NCBI RefSeq assembly: GCF_009834535.1
Contig: NC_045698.1
Location: forward strand, 6,698,001-6,762,000
DNA: 64,000 bases
Source of the DNA: Camelus ferus
Taxonomy: Eukaryota
Direction: 5' to 3'
Shown: positions 37,113 to 49,540 of the stretch, piece after piece
Numbering within the stretch: position 1 is the first letter of the stretch
How the letters are laid out: the number at the start of each line of letters is the position of its first letter
Notes under the pieces: model-generated
Told to the model about the DNA's origin: nothing
Seen by the model: the letters and a program-made list of their open reading frames with translations, nothing else
Databases searched by the model: none
Position numbers and translations under genes: made by a program

Positions 37113-38049
37113 AACCACTTGGGGGTGTAATACATCTTGTAAATTTTGTTCCCCATATATTTAAAAACATGTCAATGTTATGTTAAATAGAATTAACATA
37201 ACGGCTACATAAGGCATTGAACTATTACCAATCTGACTCCATCTTCCTATACACTTTGTATTCTGGTTCCCAAAGCATTGTTGTGTAATACTTGCTAATT
37301 AAAATTCATCTAATCCTACTGGGCCCATTTGGAGAGTTTCACTCTACTTGTGACTGGGGGCTGAGGACAAACACAGTATCATGCAAACCACCCACCCTTC
37401 ATGGTGACTGCAAGGATTCAATCTGATGACCTCAGAAACGTTCCTTGGAAAAAATCCAGATAATTTTCAATTATCTCATTCATTCATTCATTCACTCATT
37501 CATTCAGAAATAGTCATTATCCTCCTACTAGAAGCCAGGAAGGAGGTCTCATTTTATATTCTTCTGCCAGTGTAAAATATTTAATTACCTATAATCTTTA
37601 ATGTAAGTTTGTTAAGGATTTTCCGAAGGGAAATAAATTGTGCTAACTGATTCTCCACCCCTATCTCCAACATGTTGACCTTGTTTTCATTTCCTTAAAA
37701 TGCTCTGGCTGATCATGGGGGCAGTTCTCCCAGCAGAGCTCCATTTATTACAGTAAACATCTAGCTGTTTTCCCTGGTGGGGAACTGTGACTCACAGCCC
37801 CAGAGACCACACTCTCCCCTTTCCTCCCCCAACTCCTTCTTGTGCCTTCGTTTCCCCCAGGGGACCCAGTAGGTCTTTAGCTTTTTAAGGGGTAAAAAGT
37901 CATTTTATTGAACAGAAGCACCCCTCCCACTGTCCCTTGGCTTTCCCACAGTGCCGGTCTCAGAGACACACACTTCAGGAAATCGGAAAATGAGTCCATG
38001 CTAATGACTTGATAATAAGTCAGGTTGGTTTCCACTTTTCTCTTGTTTT

Positions 38050-38917
38050 CAATCAGATTAAAGGAGAAGGTAATTGAATTGTCAGCTCATTGAACACTAA
38101 AAGTAATTTTTGGTCATAGATTGTAGTATGAGTTCTCAAATGTAGTTTGGAAGAGTTCAAAGAATTGAGCAACATGGTTGTAACAATTTTCTTCCATTTC
38201 CATCCGTTTATGTGGATGAATTTTCTAAGCACCTGAATCTGTGAAAGTGCAAAATAGGAATAGAATTGATACTGAATCCTTTTTCATTTTAGCAATAAGT
38301 AATGTTCATCCAGAGACATATGAATGAAAAGACTAAAAAGTACAAAAAAGAAAAGAAAAAGAAGGAAAACAAATCACCCATGTGACTAAAATGCATCTTT
38401 CAATAAAATGTTATGTTCTTTCTTATAATTACCAAAATTGCTGAGACAGTTTTCATTTTTGTTCCATTATGCAGTAGTAATTGTTTTAATAACTAAATCC
38501 AGAAGTAATTATCCAAAATGTAGAGTAGAGTATTTAAAATATCGCATGATATTTTAGAAAATTAAATCTAAATACAGACTCATATTTATATCTTGAAGTA
38601 TAATGGAAATGCAAATTTAATGAACAAACGAAATGATGAAAAACTTCTGTGTAAAAGAAGAGTTTGTTCACATAGTTGAAAAATATTTGATGGTGGACAT
38701 CAAATCACTGTGGGATTTAGAATCCACTGAATATATTTAAACAAGAAAATATTAAGGTTTTACTCTTAAGTTTCCAGTGTTGACAGGACATTTGAAATTA
38801 TAACCTTGCAATTATTTAAATTTATGATAAGACATTTTGGATATTAACCTAAACATGCATGAAGGGAAACATTGACACATTCAACACTCTCTTAGGAAAA
38901 ATATTTGAAGATGCCAG
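38050..38917 (+). mobile_element. hAT-Charlie DNA transposon remnant (transposase C-terminus and 3' end)
   Basis: Disrupted reading from 38058: LKEKVIELSAH*..., EEFKELS..., LPFPSVYVDEFS..., KVQNRNRIDTESFFILAISNVHP. This resembles the hAT dimerisation-domain motif LLPFxSTYLCExxFS...K.K.RNR. Confidence 0.82.
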
Positions 38918-39071
38918 TCATGGTGCTGGCATTTCCACATCAATGTGTACAAGACTGGAGCAAAAGCATACAGCAGGATGATGTGTAGATCTTCTGCCCA
39001 GAGCTCCTGGGGCTGGAGATGTATCTTTAGGAAGGTGATATGGCACCTGTATCATAGAGCACCTAACATCC

Positions 39072-39582
39072 TATGGTTGTTAAGAGTGGTCACCAATTCC
39101 TCACCACTTCTCCTATGGAGCAGTAGAGTCCTTTGTCCTTGTCCTTGAATCTGGGCTACATGTAACTTGCTTTGGCCACTAGGAGGCAATGTAAGTGATG
39201 CCCTAAACTTTGAGCCTTTGCCTTAAGAAAGCTGCAGCTTATTCTTCAGTCTTCTTGGAGTTCACCCTCTTGGTATTCAACTGCCACGCTGAAGAAGCCC
39301 AAGTGAGTCCCAGGGAGAAGGTGGTAGAGGGGACCTGAGACATCTCAGCCACAGGACCTGCTCTGCCCTGGCTGCCAGCCATGAGTGTGAGCCGTCTCAG
39401 AGGGCTCAGCTCTGGTGACCCTCCAGACAACATTAGCCCACAGCTGATGCCAAGTGGAGTGGAATAACCCTCTCAGGGAGCCCATCAGCCCATAGAACAA
39501 TGAGCGATAATAAATGATGATTGTCATTTTAAGCCTTAGGTTTTGGGGTCTCTCATTGCATAGCAATAAGATAACTGGTGTA
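39072..39582 (+). mobile_element. MaLR solo LTR (MLT1F/G/H-like)
   Basis: CCTTGAATCTGGGCT...ACTTGCTTTGGCCA...GATAATAAATGATGATTGTCATTTTAAGCC...GCAATAAGATAACTG. Confidence 0.85.
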
Positions 39583-39954
39583 CCCCACTACAGAAAGACT
39601 GAGAAATAGTCACAATGTGGGATAATAAAGATTATAAATAGTCTCACTCATCAGTTCATGTCAAGTTTTCCCTAAAAAGTCATTAGGTCATTTCTTGTAG
39701 CCACATGAGTTACGAATAAAATGGTTTTCTAAGCATTTTGAATCTGAGCCATCACTGTACATTCAGAGGTACATTTCCTCATAATTTTTCATCTTTTCTT
39801 GTTGCCACACTAGGCCGTGCACTCCCCTGAGACAAGGAATTGTCCTCCTTTCCCCCCTATCTTTCTGGTCGTTTCAAGCACTAGGTTTTGCACCCAGCGG
39901 TAGAAACTTGCCATTTGCACTGTTTCACTGTCTCATCTTCATTGTCTATGTCTA

Positions 39955-40080
39955 CAATTATCTCCCTTTTGTAGATGAAGAAACTGAGGCCCAGAGAGGT
40001 TAAGTAAGCTTCCCAAAGTCACACAGTGAATAGATCGCAATGTGTGGATTTAAACCCAGGCAGGTGAGTCTGAAGCACCA
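39955..40080 (-). mobile_element. MIR SINE
   Basis: TTTTGTAGATGAAGAAACTGAGGCCCAGAGAGGTTAAGTAA...TCACACAG...AACCCAGGCAG. Confidence 0.9.
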
Positions 40081-41378
40081 CAAATGCGGTCTGTATTTTG
40101 GAGAACCACCACTTGAGCTGCCAAACCCAACAGGTAGGCATTTCTCAAATGACAGGAGGCTATATGTGAACCTGGGCTTTTTTTCCTACAAAACTTGATA
40201 CAATTCACAAATCTTTATAAAGCAGCAGAATACTACATTAGTTCATGTAATAAGCTCCAGGTGATGCAAAGATGATTGACTATTCATGGAGATCACTCAG
40301 AAGTAAATATACAGGTATAAAAATGCATATTGCTCAATTAATTTTGTTGAATCATTGAACAAATAAACTACCAGTTTGATTTCCCTGGCTCATCTGTCAA
40401 GGAGCTCACAATCCCCTTTATTAAGAAAGTAGAACATGTATTCATCAAAGCAGATGCTCTTATTAAAAGCAGCACATAGTAAAAGAAACACAGGCTCTAA
40501 TCACAAAGCGTGCCTGAATAATGAACAATGCTTACCAGATACAAGCATGCCCCAATTTTTTTTCTTCCAGGACACCACAGACCTTCTCAACACTCCTATT
40601 ACTTCCAATGCCTAGTGCATTCCAACCCCAAGGCCCCCTCTGTCCCTCTTAATTCTTCCTATCCTTGCTTCACATCACCAGGACTCTTTAACTTGGACAG
40701 GTAATTGACCCTTTGTCCTCTTCTTTGAAACTTACTGACTCAGAAAGCATCCCTCCCAGTGAGAAGTTTTCCATTTTGCAACTGCTTTCCACAGAAGCCA
40801 GATTCTTTTTCTTTGGAACATTTATAAATCAGCAAAAACAACTGAACACATATTGAATGACATGTGACTCGGCTCCCTAGAGGTGCGTCTAAACGAATGT
40901 AGTCAATCGGCAATGCGCCGGAGTCAGGACACAGCACATCAGAAGAAGGTACAACTTGGCAACATTTCCAAACTCGGTAGATTTTGTACCTACCACAGAT
41001 GGCCTCCTTATTTTGGGAACAAGCACTTTTGAAAAGAACCGCATTCCACTTGCTAAATCAGGTAAAAACAAGGCAAAAGAGGAAAAGATTCAATTAAATC
41101 ATCATTTGGGGATTTCAAGAAAAAGAGATTAGTAATCTCTCCCCATAAAACCTTTAAACCACAATTATGAGGAAGCTGAATGATTGGCAATAATTTTTCA
41201 GATTTAAAAATCAGAGAACTTGATCATTTGATTGGAACAATAACCCCTTACTATTTCAATCCGAGTTGTTCGAGGCTGAGCTTTTAAGTTTATGGCTTAT
41301 GTTAATAAAATCCATATAAACTAATAAGCTTAATATTTGTATTTATAACATAGCTTCATATACAAATGTATGTTTTGT

Positions 41379-41494
41379 GGGGTGGGTATAGCTCAGTGGT
41401 AGAGTGTGTGCTTAGCGTGCACGAGGTCTTGGGTTCACTCCCCAGTACCTCCTTAAAAAATAATAATAATAAAATAAAATTTAAATTAAGAAAA
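41379..41494 (+). mobile_element. Short tRNA-Ala-derived SINE (tRNA head plus A-rich tail only)
   Basis: GGGGTGGGTATAGCTCAGTGGTAGAG...CTTAGCGT...GGTTCACTCCCCAG, then an A-rich tail. 16-bp TSD ACAAATGTATGTTTTG (41362-41377) / ACAAATGCACGTTTTG (41495-41510). Confidence 0.92.
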
Positions 41495-42627
41495 ACAAAT
41501 GCACGTTTTGCTGTTTAAATGGTTAACATCTAGAGCATTGTGTATGAATGTATATCTAGGTTCATGCAGAGGTTATATATTTAGGCCATATTGCTGATAA
41601 AATAGATTTTGTTCTAAAAGACTGCTTCTGAAATCAGAGCAGTTTCACATTTCAAAAGAAATGCAAATATTTGCCTGCTTGCTGCTTATTTTCATTGAAC
41701 CAAAAACCACCTGAAGACTACTTGCCTTTAGATTTTCTCATCTTAAAAGTAAATTGTATTGATGGGGAAACTCGTCCCATGACACTCGCTGCGGATCTGA
41801 ATTTTCAGCGTGCTGGAGGGTGGCGTGTCTGTGCCCAGTGCTGTGAATTGCTCATGTGAGATCTCAGAGAGCTCCTGGAAAGGTTAATAACTGTCCACAG
41901 CTCGGCAGTCACCTCGTCCTCCGCCCGAGGTCAGGTCGCAGCCGGGGCCTCGGCTCCGAAGGTGAAGCACGTGTGTAAGACACAGTCTCCCTGACAAAGC
42001 TACATGGGAGAGTCAGGCCCTTTTGTAATCTGTTATCTGTTCAAGACAGCTCTCCGCACTTCTCCAAAATGACCATCTCCCAAATGCTAGTCAACATAAC
42101 TAGCTGACCAGCCCTGGGCTTCCCCCTGCACTGCTCTGGGACTGCAGGCTGGGCTTCGATCTCTGATGAGGCAGACAAGGGCATTGGGCCTGCGTTCGCA
42201 GGATGTCGCTGCCTTGCATTAGACGGCCCAGCCTGTGGTTGTTCTAAACCCCAGGTCAGTAATGATCATAAATCAATTGTACCAAAGTGCCTTCATCAGG
42301 GTGCCTCGCAGACTGAAGATTGCACTTTGATGAAGTAGCTGGCCATCCCCACACTTCCTGGACCGCCAGCTTGTTAGGAATACATCCTTGTCATCAAAGG
42401 TTGTTTGCTTTCTGCAGAGAGGGCTGCAAACTCCTCTTACCCACGGCAAGAGTAAGTGCCCCCAAGGAAGGCTGCTGTGAGAGGCAGAGTCCAGGGAAAC
42501 AGTCCACTGTGATGTGGAAGGGAGGAGGCAGGGGTGGAAAAGACCACAGGGTTGTTTCCTTCCATTGGCCCTAGAAGGTTAGGTTTTGGTAGAATAATCC
42601 AAATAATAACATTACTGTTTTACATAT

Positions 42628-43094
42628 TGTATCTGCTGGGATTAGACTCTGCTGCCTGGGACAGAAAGCCCAAATTGGCAGTGATTTACACAAACTAGAC
42701 ATGCTACTTGTCCTGCCTGTAAAAGCAGTCCAGAGGCAGCTGTGATGGCACACATGGTCCAGCTCCCTCAAGTCTTCAGGATACAGGATTTGTCCCACCG
42801 ACACCTCTGCTATCCCCAGAATATGTTCCATAACCTCGAAGTCCCAACAGAATGCCAGAGCTCCAGCCATCACAGCCATGGTTCAGGGAGGAAGAAAGTG
42901 GCTCTTGTTCCTTTAAAGACACTTCCTGTGAATTGCACAAAACACTCTGACTTAACATTTGACCAAAATGCATGGCCACAGTTAGCTTTGATGGATGTGT
43001 GCAAACAGTCATTTGCCTTGGGGGCAAAAAGATTAGGAAAAAAATTGGGCAAAGGGGGAAATGGATACTGAGGAGCAACTGGAATTTCTGCTGT
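42628..43094 (-). mobile_element. MaLR solo LTR (MLT1J-like)
   Basis: GACAGAAAGCCCAAA...AGTCCAGAGG...GAGCTCCAGCCATCACA...CATGGCCACA...GAAATGGATACTG. Confidence 0.8.
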
Positions 43095-43689
43095 TTATAA
43101 ATATAACCTCTCAATATGTAAATCACTTTCATTAGGAACTACTTTTGGAGAATAATTTTCATTTTTAAAGCGATTAGATCATATAACCCTAGAAACAAAA
43201 TAAATGAAGAACCATTGCCTATTCATTATGATGATATATAGAATTACATCCTGACTAGAAATTATTTGAAATTCTATAAAATATACTAATTATATATTGA
43301 CTCGTTAAGTCTCTAAAGAGCCTTAAATACGATAAAGATAATCATAGGATGAAGATAAGATTCTCATTTTGTTAAACAAGACGATCAGCAAAAAATTGAT
43401 GAGAAAAAATTATATTTACCTGTCTGGAAGCTCTAAAACTCAAATCACTAATGCTTTCTATACTAGTGTTTGTTAGAATCGAAGTCATAGAAGAATTAAA
43501 CTTTATTTATTTGAAGAGGGGGTTATTACCACTATTAGCCCAGGGCCCTTCCCCCAAAATACATACAAAATCAAAGTTTTATATTTTGAATTCTAAATCT
43601 GGTTGCTATATTACAACAACGACATTCAATTCCACTGGATCATACTGGTTTCATTTGTTTTTAAAGGGAAGGGTGTATTTCAGTCCCAG

Positions 43690-43825
43690 GGAGACAGGGG
43701 TGATGGATAGAATCTTAGACTAGAGGTCGGAAGACTGGTTTCTATTCTCAGCTCCCAATATTGATTTGTGCAGCCACAGTCTAGTTACTTAAAGTCTTTG
43801 GTTTTATATCTATTTTCTACAAAGC
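43690..43825 (+). mobile_element. MIR/MIR3 fragment
   Basis: TGATGGATAGAATCTTAGACTAGAGGTCGGAAGACTGGTTTCTATTCTCAGCTC...AGTTACTTAA. Confidence 0.65.
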
Positions 43826-44699
43826 TTAGCTGCTTCCAGTTGACAGCTACTCCTTAAAGATGGTGAGTATTAACTGGAGAATCTACTACAAAAATCCTTG
43901 AGGTCCTCCCCTCTGAGAACTGCCCATCCTAATTTCCCTATGTAGGTAATTACTCTCCATCACGCAATCAAGTGTAGTCCATGTGGCCAATGCATTTGAA
44001 ATGCTCTTTTCCTGGCGTGACTTCCTCGCTCCAGACGTCTGAGGAACTGCACACTCAGCAGCTTCAAAACTTCAGGGAGTTGTTTGGATTCAGATGTACT
44101 CAAGTTATAGGAAACCCATTTATAACCCATCTGCAGCCAAGGCCTGGGGAAGCTGGTTTCTCTGGACCCTTGATGTGGAATTAGACAAGACCAAGAGAGT
44201 CCAACCAAAGCCCTGGAAAGTCCAATGCCAAGTCTCAGATCTGGGTGGAGATGTGAATGGAGGACAAAACCTGGGATTATCCATTTCTGACCCAAGACTG
44301 GCATTTTCATCTGCCACACAAATGTGCCCAATGAGCTTTCTTCTTTTCCTCCTGAATGGCCTCCTGCCACATTTAAACACACAGGGAGATAGTCGATTGC
44401 TCTTAAAGTAGAATTCAGAGATAAAACGACTCATGTCAGAATAAGCCAGTCTGTTAAGAATGTTTTGATTCACTAGAAACTTTGAGACTGCCCACATGTC
44501 CATAATTGGGAAGCCAACTCTTTAAAATATTTTAAAACCCTGTTAAAAATAAGACTATGTGAAGGGCCAGTGTGAAAAGTAATGTGCATGGAATCGTATT
44601 GCTGCTTGTGAAAGAAATCATAGACTATTTACAGAGTTAATAAAAATCTATGTCCTGAGATCTGTTAGGATATTTGAGACCAAATTTGATGTCACTTAA

Positions 44700-44885
44700 G
44701 AGCACTGAGACAGACCTAGAATAAATCTCATCTTAACTGTTCACTATTTGCTTGTTCTTCAGCAAATATACTCTTTGAGCCTCAGTTCCCTCATCTGTAA
44801 AATGGAAATCATGTCTACCTTTCAGGGTTATGAGGGTTAAAGAACTTTCCAGAAGAGAATGCAACAAAGGCTTCAACATTGTAAA
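44700..44885 (+). mobile_element. MIR SINE
   Basis: TGAGCCTCAGTTCCCTCATCTGTAAAATGG core. Confidence 0.85.
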
Positions 44886-46519
44886 GTATCAAAAAAGTTG
44901 TTTCCTTTCTGTTTAAACATTGTTTCAGTGGAAGCAGAAGGCACATCCTAGGCAGGTGGCAGGATTTTATGATCTTGTCTGAACGACTCCCTTCTTCCAG
45001 TTTCTGGAAAACACATAAGTAATAAAATAAAAGCTCGAGTGCCATAATAAGCACACAACCTCATTAAGCCCAGAGGGAGCCTCTGCGTCTCACTTTTTTT
45101 TTTTTTTTTTTTTTAATTTCTGCTTGTTTGGAGGAACATCTTTATCCTGTGGGCACTTAAAGGAAAAGTCAAGGCAACCATGGCTGGTGCTGGAGACACC
45201 AGACTCTGTGAGAGGGGAGAGAAGATCTGGGTGTGCCTTTGGTTCTACCATGTTGATAAGAGTATAAACCACGCCTCCATTCGTGGAGCTTCAGGACAGC
45301 ACACAGGACTCGCAAGGTCCCTGCATGTTCGTCCTCCCCAGCCGCCCCCAGCTCCTGTCCCTGCTCATCTACAGATGTGAGCATTAACGGACGTGGAAGA
45401 GGGCTGTCCTGGAGCAACAGGAACCCCTTAGCTGCCTTGGCTTTCTGTATGATCCCTGGCACACTGGCAGACTTAAGAGAACACATGGTTCTCAGGGTGG
45501 CATTATCCTCAGTTTAAATACAGAGAAAAGCCCTTGAAACCTGCTCTGAGAACAGGGTTTTATCTCCAAATATTGTTCTTCCCAGCTCCAGACACCATGG
45601 TTTCCATATTTTTAGCTACATATCACACTCCTCTGTGACAAATGACATTAATTTTGCTGGGGGAAATCTGCAAAGATGTGGTAATTACATGACAAAGCAG
45701 CCGGGGAAAGAGGCACGAAGCCTCTGCGGGTCCCGGCCGCCTGCCCCTCCTTCTCCTGCCTCGCCTGGCTCGGCTCTGAACAACGCACATCACGTCAGAG
45801 GCCACAGAAGGAGCTGGAGGCGGTTTTTGCCAAAATTCCTTTTTGAATGCTGGCGAAGATCTCAAATGTCAGTGTGGAGGGGAGCAAAGGGGAGAGATAT
45901 GTGGGTGCACATGTGGGTGAGAGAGAGAATATGTGTGTTTGATAAAGAATCTGGTTCGCGTTTCATTTGGAGTTTGTTTCTGGGGTGGGGAACCCACCCT
46001 CGACCTCCAAGGTCGTCCAGCTGGCCCTCTCCTGAAGGCTCTCCTGTGAGAATTCCCACCACCGAGGGCAAGCAGCTCTGGCCTCAGGCTCACTCCTCCC
46101 AGAAGCCTTTGCAACTCTCACCCTCTTGACTTGTTCTCAGTTTCCCCTGCTCACTAGCTACCCACAAGTCTCTCTTCACCTACACAGGAGGAATGGCGGC
46201 TCACCAGTCATTTTTCTGAATCTGCTTCACTAGTTCCCTTAGACCACTGGCCTCTGTGGAGCGGGTATCCATGCAAAGGGCTTCACCCCAATCATACTTT
46301 TCCTGCCTGAGTGTAGGGCTGGAGATGAAACATGCAGGGCTCCCCCCACCAGTAAGAAGCCTTGTGAATTGTCACTCCTTCTGAGAAGGGTACAAGGATT
46401 CAAGACCCCAGTAAGAAGGACTGGGACACTAGGCCCACAAAGAGAAAGCAATTCTCCCTACCTTGTAATGAAAGAGTTGGAAATCCACGCACCAGTACAG
46501 TGAGGGAAGGGAGGGCCCT

Positions 46520-46725
46520 GGAGAGAGGCAGACAGAGATCGGAAGTGCATCTCTGATACTTGCAACCCGGGCGATTTTGCGTGAGCCAGGTGACCTCCCG
46601 GAGCCTCGGCTTCCTGACACGCAAAATGCAGGACTTGTAACCAATCACGCAGATCTGTTGCGAGAACCCCTAGCACAGCGCCTGGTGTACATTGGACTCA
46701 GTGGATGTTGTCAGCCTCATTAGTG
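46520..46725 (+). mobile_element. MIR SINE, unusually CpG-rich
   Basis: GACCTCCCGGAGCCTCGGCTTCCTGACACGCAAAATG aligns with MIR AACCTCTCTGAGCCTCAGTTTCCTCATCTGTAAAATG. TAGCACAGCGCCTGG tail. Confidence 0.75.
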
Positions 46726-47094
46726 TTGGGAGCATTTGGTGCTTGTTCGTTTTGTTTTGTTTTAATGCAAGAACTAAAAGTTGGCAGAATTGAGGGGAAA
46801 CATGTAAAGTAATAACTACAAACACTATTTGAAGATGTGTAACCTTTTGAGGGCATTCGCTCTTATATACCAAGAGCTTCCAAAATATGATCATATCATT
46901 TGAACCATTGCGTCTTTTCCTGTGAATTTGTATTAAGAAAATACTTTTAAAATGCAGTATGTGTCATGGTTATAAAACTATGGCAATTAATGCAGTGCGT
47001 GGTTAGATGAGACCATCAAAGCATCAGAACAGGAAGTCTAGACACTAGACCCAGCCTTCTGCAGCCACCTCACATGTGACCGAGAGTGACACTG

Positions 47095-48252
47095 CCAAGC
47101 AGGAGAAAAGACAGCCTTTCTGATGGCTGGCATTGGACCAACTGGAGAGTCACATGGAAAAAATGATCCATGAGCCCTACATCACACTAAACACAAAAAT
47201 CAATCACAGATGGAGTGCAGATACAAATGCAAGTGAAATAATAAGTCTTTCCGAAGAAAACATTTGAGAACATATTCATGACTGTGGAGTCAGCGCAGAC
47301 TTTTAAAGACTCACAATATGCTAATCAGAAGGAAAAAAATGATAAATTGAAACCACATTTAAATTAAGAACTTTTGTACATCAAGACACCATTAATGGAT
47401 TGAAAGGGAATCCTGTGGAATGGGACAAAGTTTTGCAAAATGTATGTCTGAAAAGGGACTTGTATCCAGAATATATAAAGAACTTCTACAAATCAAGAAG
47501 AAAAGGGAGACAACCCAATGGACAAATAGATGAAAGACTTAAGCAGGCACTTTAAAAAGATACTCCAAATGGTAAATACACATATGAAAAGAGGCAACAG
47601 GGAAATGTGAATTAGAATCACAATAAGGTAACATCATGCATTCACTAGAGTGACTAAAATGAGAAGGACAAAGATCACCAAGGTTTAGGAAAGGCGCAGA
47701 GGGAGCCAGACCCTCGTACGTTGCTGGTGGGAGTTGACTACTTTGGAAACTTGCTTGGTGGTAATATTAAAACAGAGCACATCATGTACCCTGTGATTCA
47801 GCAAATCCACTGCCAGCTGTATATCCAATAGGATATATATGTATGTTCATCAAGAGACATGTATAAAAATGTTCTTAGCAGCCCTATTATAATAGCCCCA
47901 AACTGGAAACTACTTAAATGCCCATTGGCAATAGAATGGGTAAATAAATGACAGTCGATACCTGCACACAGAAGTCTGGGCAGCTATGATAATGAACAAA
48001 CTCAGTGACACGTGGATGAACGTCACAAACACAACAGTGAGAGACACAGCAGTAAATGTAATCTGTTTTGGAAGCCTGGGGAGTAATTACTCCTGAGTAG
48101 AGAGAAGGAGACCGAGAAGGAGGCTGGTGCTGGTAACACTGTTTCTTCTGAGCACTAGTTACATGATGGGTTCACTTTGTGAAAACTCACTGATCTGTAT
48201 CCTTATGATTTGTGTGTACTTCTGGGTGTATACCGTGCCTCAGTAAAGTTTA
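47095..48252 (+). mobile_element. Old LINE-1 (L1MD/ME-like), ORF2 end and 3' UTR
   Basis: CACAAAAATCAAT...AAATTAAGAACTTTTG...ACTTGTATCCAGAATATATAAAGAAC...GTTGCTGGTGGGA...AAACTGGAAAC...TTCACTTTGTGAAAA. Confidence 0.9.
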
Positions 48253-48347
48253 CCCCACCCCCCAAATTGCAATACCTAAGAAAACATACTTGCACACATA
48301 CACACCCATTTTCATTAATACCAGACTAGAGAGAGTCCTAATGTCCC

Positions 48348-48778
48348 TGTGATGGTTAATCTTACATGTCAGCTCGACTGGGTCATGGAGTGTCAGGTGT
48401 TCAGGTAAACATCATTTCTGGGTGTGTCTGTGAGAGTGTTTCTGGAAGAGATTAGCATTTGAAAGCACACTGAATCACGCAGAGTTCCCTCCATGGGGAT
48501 GGGCATCTTCTAACGTGTTGAGGGCCTGGGTACAACAAAAAGGCAGATGAAGAGAGAATTCTCAGCCCAGTGGCTTGAGCTGGAACGTCGGTCTGCTGCT
48601 GCCCTCAACCTGGGACTTACACCACCAGCTTTCATGAGTCTCCAGCTGGTGGGTGGCAGACCATGGGGCTTGTCAGCCCTCATACTCACATGAGCTAATT
48701 CCTTATAATAAATCAATATTTATATCTATATTCTATTGGCTCTCTTTTCTGTCTCTCTGGAGAATACTGACTAATACA
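48348..48778 (+). mobile_element. ERVL solo LTR (MLT2, MLT2D-like), full length
   Basis: Starts TGTGATGGTTAAT...TGTCAGCTCGACTGGG, contains TTATAATAAATC, and ends CTGGAGAATACTGACTAATACA. Confidence 0.92.
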
Positions 48779-49189
48779 GTTTCACATTAAATTTTCATGA
48801 GTTCTAGAATAGTAACTCAGCCCCAAAACTTCCTGCAGCGTTCTAACTGCCATCCCACGCGAGACTTCATTTCAGATGCCCTCTGTCCCACTTTACATCT
48901 GCAATTTCTTTACTATCTCATCAAACGAGAGATCTACTAAACCTTTGTCATCACCGGTCCCATAAACTCCACCACTCCACATTCGTGTCTGAACTGGAGC
49001 CCTCTGATCCGAGGAAGATTGCCAACTCAGCTGATCCCAGATACCCCAGTGCCTCATTCAATTGAATCAGTAGGTCACGAATAGCTGTTGATACCAACAG
49101 AACTTGAAAGCTGCTGATGGCCATTACTGCTCCTTGGGAATTCTAGACAAGCTCATTAATATTCCAGTTGTGATTGGTGAAGGAGCAGA

Positions 49190-49540
49190 CAGCATAGATA
49201 GGGTAATGCTGTAGAAACCACCCAAAAAATCTCAGTGGCTGGATGTCAAAGTTTATTTCTTGCTCACACTTGCAGGCTCTGCTCATCTTAATTACTCAGG
49301 GACCCAGGCTTCCAGGAGCTCCCTGCTTTCATCATCTCAGATGAGGACAAGGGAGTAGGAGCTGGCTTTTAAAGCATCCATCCAGACACTCATATTTCAC
49401 TGAGAAAGGCAAGTCACACGGTCCCCTTCAAGGATGTTCTGTCCTCCAGAGGGAGGAGCACTGAATAAGAGTGGGTGCTGATGCAGCCGCCCACAGGGGA
49501 AATTAGGGGGAACTGAGAACACGAGATGCTGACAATCATC
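49190..49540 (-). mobile_element. MaLR LTR (MLT1K/L-like)
   Basis: AAAATCTCAGTGGCT...AAAGTTTATTTCTTGCTCAC...ACTCAGGGACCCAGGCT...GCAAGTCACACGG. Confidence 0.78.

Noticed and set aside
41379..41452. Functional tRNA-Ala(AGC) gene (also at 65 and 9942)
   Set aside because: A-rich tails, TSDs and substitutions in the stems or B box mark these as retroposed SINE copies.
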